From a bacterium (GTDB lineage: Bacteria; UBA8248): a stretch of 64,000 nt of DNA. Of the stretch, positions 60,873-64,000 are shown in pieces. Below the pieces are notes generated by a model. The model saw nothing but the letters and a program-made list of their open reading frames with translations, did not search any database and was not told the origin of the DNA. The first letter of the stretch is position 1, and each line of letters starts with the position of its first letter. The stretch is taken from the NCBI GenBank assembly GCA_963692865.2, contig OY843592.1:1856001-1920000 (forward strand), read 5' to 3'. The position numbers and the translations under genes were made by a program.

Positions 60873-63800
60873 CTACCAGCGCAATGAGCCGCGCAGCGCC
60901 ACGCCGTGGACGGGGTCGTCGTTCTCGCGCTCGCGCACGTCGCCCTCGACGCTCATGCTGAGGCGTTCGCCCATCCTGAAACGACCGCCCAGGCGGTAGG
61001 CGCCGCCGCCGTCCTCGGACACCGAAAGGCCCGCGTAAGGCGTGAGCAGGCCGCCCCAGGCGTCGAGCCCGTAGCCCACCTCCGCGCGCACGCGGGGGTC
61101 GAGGTCCCCGACTTCCCCTTTCGCCAGGCGCGAGGCGTCCTCGATGCCCCACAGCCGCTCGGCGCCGCCCGCCGTCTCGCCCACCGAGGGCCGCACGGTG
61201 AGCGCAAGCCCACGGCCCGCCTTCCCCGGAGCGAAGCGGATCATGCCGCCCACGCCCCAGTCGGTCACGTCTTCCTCTTCATGCGCGAGGAGCCCGCGCG
61301 CCTTGAGCTCCAGCGTGAGGCCCGAGGCCGGGTTCGTGAAGCGCAGGCCGCCGCCCACCTCCACGCCGACCCCCTCGTCCGCGTCGCCTCCGTCATGGCG
61401 AAGGCCCGCCTCCACCGAAGGCGTGAACGCGCCGCCGTTCTTCATCGCCACCTCGCGCGAGGCTTCGAGCATCACCCGGAGCCGCGTCGTCTCCGCCGAT
61501 ATCGCCTCGACCCCGTCGGCCGCGTCCGCGTCCGTCTGCGCCACCAGGACGTCGGACTTCACCGCCAGGTCGAACCCGCCCGTCTTCGTTAATTCTCCCC
61601 GAAGCCCGAACGCCGCCATGCGCATCTCGATGTCGGTCTCGGCTTCGACCTTCTTGTCGACGTCTTTCTCCTCCACTTCCAGCGTCATCTCTCCCTGGCC
61701 CATTCCCAGGATGCCCCACATCGAGAGCCGCTCGTTCGCCCGGTAGCGCAGGTAGGGGTGCGCGCTCGTGAGCGTCGCCTCCATCTCGCCGCTGCCCCCG
61801 TTCTCGAAGCCGCCCTCGCCCGTGGCGTGCGAGAGCGCGAGGCCCATGAGGACGCTGTCCTTCTCGTAGTCCATCCCCAGCATGGCCGTCGTCACGTCGC
61901 CTTGGGTAGCGGCCTCTCCGCCCTCGAAGCTCGTCCGCGACCCGCGGCCCCAGATCGACCAGCGGCCGGCCGCCTCCCCGGCGTCCTTCGCCGAGGCCAG
62001 GTGGAACGAACCGCCCGAGAGGAGTTCGCTCACCGTCGTCTCGCGGTAGGTCTCCGGGGCGTCGCGCCCCGTCAGCCGGTTCTCGGCCCTCAAGCGCGCG
62101 AGGCCGCCGGAACCCCCGCCGTCCTGGGCGAAGGAGACGAAGCCCGCGCCTTTCTTCATCAGGAGACGCTCGGGATCCTCATCGAGGTTCACCGTCTGCC
62201 CGCCGAGCGTCATCTTCGCCCCGCTCGGAGCGGGCGCGTTCAGGCGGCCGGCGATCATCTCCACCGCCTGGCCCGCCGCAGCCCGGCCGAAGCGCGCCAG
62301 CCAGCCCCGCGCCGCCGCAAGGCTCTCCTTCGAAAGCGGGTCCCCGTAGATGCCCGCGCCCACGATCATGGAGTCGGTTATCGGTCCGACGCCGGGGATG
62401 TTGAATGTGAATTCAGTCTGGCGCGCATAGGTCACCTTCGGCACGTCGGCGCTGTCGCTGTCGTCGGCGGGGTTGTCGAAATAATACTGCACGAAGCCGC
62501 CGCCGGGTTTCTTCGCCGCCTCGATGATCTGCGGCAGGATGAGCTTGCCGGTGACGACGTCCCGCAGGGTGTCCGTGGGCTTCTGGTATTCGAACCTGTT
62601 CGGAAACCCCGCGTGAAGGTGCGTGTAGCCGTTCGGGTCCATCACGAACAGGTAGACGGAGCCGTGCTTCCAGGGCGGTAGCCTCATGACGCTCCTCGCG
62701 ATGCCGATGGCTTCGGTGGGTCTCTTCTCCAGGATTTCTTCGATGAAGTATTTTATCGCCCCGTTCACGAATTTCTTGAGCGTCCGGCGGTCCACCACCT
62801 CGTCGGCGCTGACCTCCGGGTCCGCAGGCGGCAGGGTTTCCTCCCCGAAGTCGGAATCCTGCAGGTCCAGGCCGGCGAGCATGATACCGGGGATGTCGGC
62901 GCCGTAACCCACGGCGTAGCCGCCGCCCTGTATGGGGCCGCCTTCCGGCCTCGGAAAGGCGCGGGTTCTGAACACCTCAGCCAGTTGGGCGGGCAGGGTG
63001 GACGGGTCGCTGACGTCGAATCCGACCGCGGCGAGGATCGCCCCGAAAACCTCGGGCTTGAGCGGCCTGCCCCCCATCGATATGTCGTCCGCGTCGAAGC
63101 TCAACCTGCCGTCGAGAAGAGAGACGGCGGAGAGGTGGATGGGGCCTGCCTTCCAGGGGCCCTCGTTCCGGGTGATGCACCCCGCGTAGCCTCCTTCCTC
63201 TTGCCCCGTGACGCTGTTGAAATAGTCTCTCCCCGCCAGGGCGAAGGCCTTCAGGTTCTCCGCGCTCCCCGCCGCCTGCGCGGCCGTAACGCTTGGAGTC
63301 TCCAGCGGGTTCTTCGGGACGCCCTGGCGCGGGCAGACGTCCTCGGACACGCCGCCCGGGTCTTCGTAGATCCCCGCGCCGAAGATGATCGGGTATTCGA
63401 GCGGGCTGCCGTCCTGCCTCTGCCCCCGAATGACGTGCTGGACCGCATAGGTCACCTTGGGGACCGTGGCGCTGTCCGTGTCGTCGTCCGGGTTGTCGAA
63501 ATAATACTTCACGAAGCCGCCGTCGGGGTTGGCGGTCGCCGCCTGGATGATCTGCGGCAGGATGAGCTTGCCGGTGACGGCGTCCCGCAGGGTATTCGTG
63601 GGGGCCTGGAGCTCGTACTTGTCCGGGAACGCCCCGTGGAAGAGCGTGTAGCCGGTGGGCTCCATGATGAAGAGGTAGACGGGGCCGTGCCGCCAGGGTC
63701 CGTTCAGGTCCCGGAGGACGCTCTTCGCCTTCACGAAGGCGCCGTGGCCTTCGGTCCTGTAGAGCTGGAGGACGTAGTCCTTCGCTCCGTTCACGAAGGT

Positions 63801-64000
63801 CTTGAGCGTCGCGCGGTCCACCACCTGGTCGGCCCGGATCGGCGGATCGCCGGGGTCGACGGTTTCCGGCGCGAGGTGTTGTGATTCCCTGATGTCGAGG
63901 CCGGCGACCAGGATGCCCGTGCCGCCTCCGACGGTGCGCTTGAAGCCGACGGCGTAGCCGCCGCCGGGCAGGGCGCCGCCGGCCGGCTTCCCGAAGGCGC
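60873..64000 (-). CDS. Autotransporter-like outer-membrane protein with tandem Cache-like passenger repeats, 5'-truncated by the window edge
   Basis: The frame is open from the window edge to the stop at 60873. Two copies of W(R/K)HG.VYLF.M.P.GYT..H..FP...LRD.VTGKLILPQII.AA...GGFV.YYFDNP.DD.DSA.VPKVTYA. WLARFGR linker helix, amphipathic beta strands, terminal Trp (GSLRW). Confidence 0.78.
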   Translation of the reverse strand, partial: AFGKPAGGALPGGGYAVGFKRTVGGGTGILVAGLDIRESQHLAPETVDPGDPPIRADQVVDRATLKTFVNGAKDYVLQLYRTEGHGAFVKAKSVLRDLNGPWRHGPVYLFIMEPTGYTLFHGAFPDKYELQAPTNTLRDAVTGKLILPQIIQAATANPDGGFVKYYFDNPDDDTDSATVPKVTYAVQHVIRGQRQDGSPLEYPIIFGAGIYEDPGGVSEDVCPRQGVPKNPLETPSVTAAQAAGSAENLKAFALAGRDYFNSVTGQEEGGYAGCITRNEGPWKAGPIHLSAVSLLDGRLSFDADDISMGGRPLKPEVFGAILAAVGFDVSDPSTLPAQLAEVFRTRAFPRPEGGPIQGGGYAVGYGADIPGIMLAGLDLQDSDFGEETLPPADPEVSADEVVDRRTLKKFVNGAIKYFIEEILEKRPTEAIGIARSVMRLPPWKHGSVYLFVMDPNGYTHLHAGFPNRFEYQKPTDTLRDVVTGKLILPQIIEAAKKPGGGFVQYYFDNPADDSDSADVPKVTYARQTEFTFNIPGVGPITDSMIVGAGIYGDPLSKESLAAARGWLARFGRAAAGQAVEMIAGRLNAPAPSGAKMTLGGQTVNLDEDPERLLMKKGAGFVSFAQDGGGSGGLARLRAENRLTGRDAPETYRETTVSELLSGGSFHLASAKDAGEAAGRWSIWGRGSRTSFEGGEAATQGDVTTAMLGMDYEKDSVLMGLALSHATGEGGFENGGSGEMEATLTSAHPYLRYRANERLSMWGILGMGQGEMTLEVEEKDVDKKVEAETDIEMRMAAFGLRGELTKTGGFDLAVKSDVLVAQTDADAADGVEAISAETTRLRVMLEASREVAMKNGGAFTPSVEAGLRHDGGDADEGVGVEVGGGLRFTNPASGLTLELKARGLLAHEEEDVTDWGVGGMIRFAPGKAGRGLALTVRPSVGETAGGAERLWGIEDASRLAKGEVGDLDPRVRAEVGYGLDAWGGLLTPYAGLSVSEDGGGAYRLGGRFRMGERLSMSVEGDVRERENDDPVHGVALRGSLRW

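Overview
A GC-rich bacterial chromosomal window with about 55 CDS, one tRNA-Arg(CCG), no rRNA, no CRISPR array and no intact transposase. 0-15.8 kb: TatD-like hydrolase, CDGSH protein, nth, an orphan peptide-ABC ATPase, ino1, an AT-rich methyltransferase + HNH cassette, rhodanese-MoeB, and a catabolic operon with three beta-hydroxyacid dehydrogenase paralogues. 15.8-30.3 kb: LPS/polysaccharide and kdsB-pyrG-kdsA block, then a bactofilin-TM-TPR / kinase-like-BON / lipoprotein trio. 30-38 kb: trans-sulfuration enzyme, thrC, MFS, class-III aminotransferase, nfeD-stomatin. 38-64 kb: accessory-rich, with a four-gene defence operon (two MTases, XhoI/PaeR7I-family REase, NDT/TIR-like protein), a zeta-like ATPase pair, a sugar ABC transporter, msrA, a RutB-like hydrolase, YhaM, LsrF-like aldolase, recD2, mazG and a truncated tandem-Cache autotransporter. 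Most intergenic gaps there hold nested palindromic repeats of four kinds: TIR-bounded MITEs with 5-bp target duplications, GTAG REPs, CGTC REPs and CACTCCCCCC-type hairpins. Best candidates for undescribed biology: the RM + NDT/TIR operon, the Cache-array autotransporter, the membrane-spanning bactofilin-TPR module and the REP-carrying MITE system. All family assignments come from motif recognition by eye; no database search was run.
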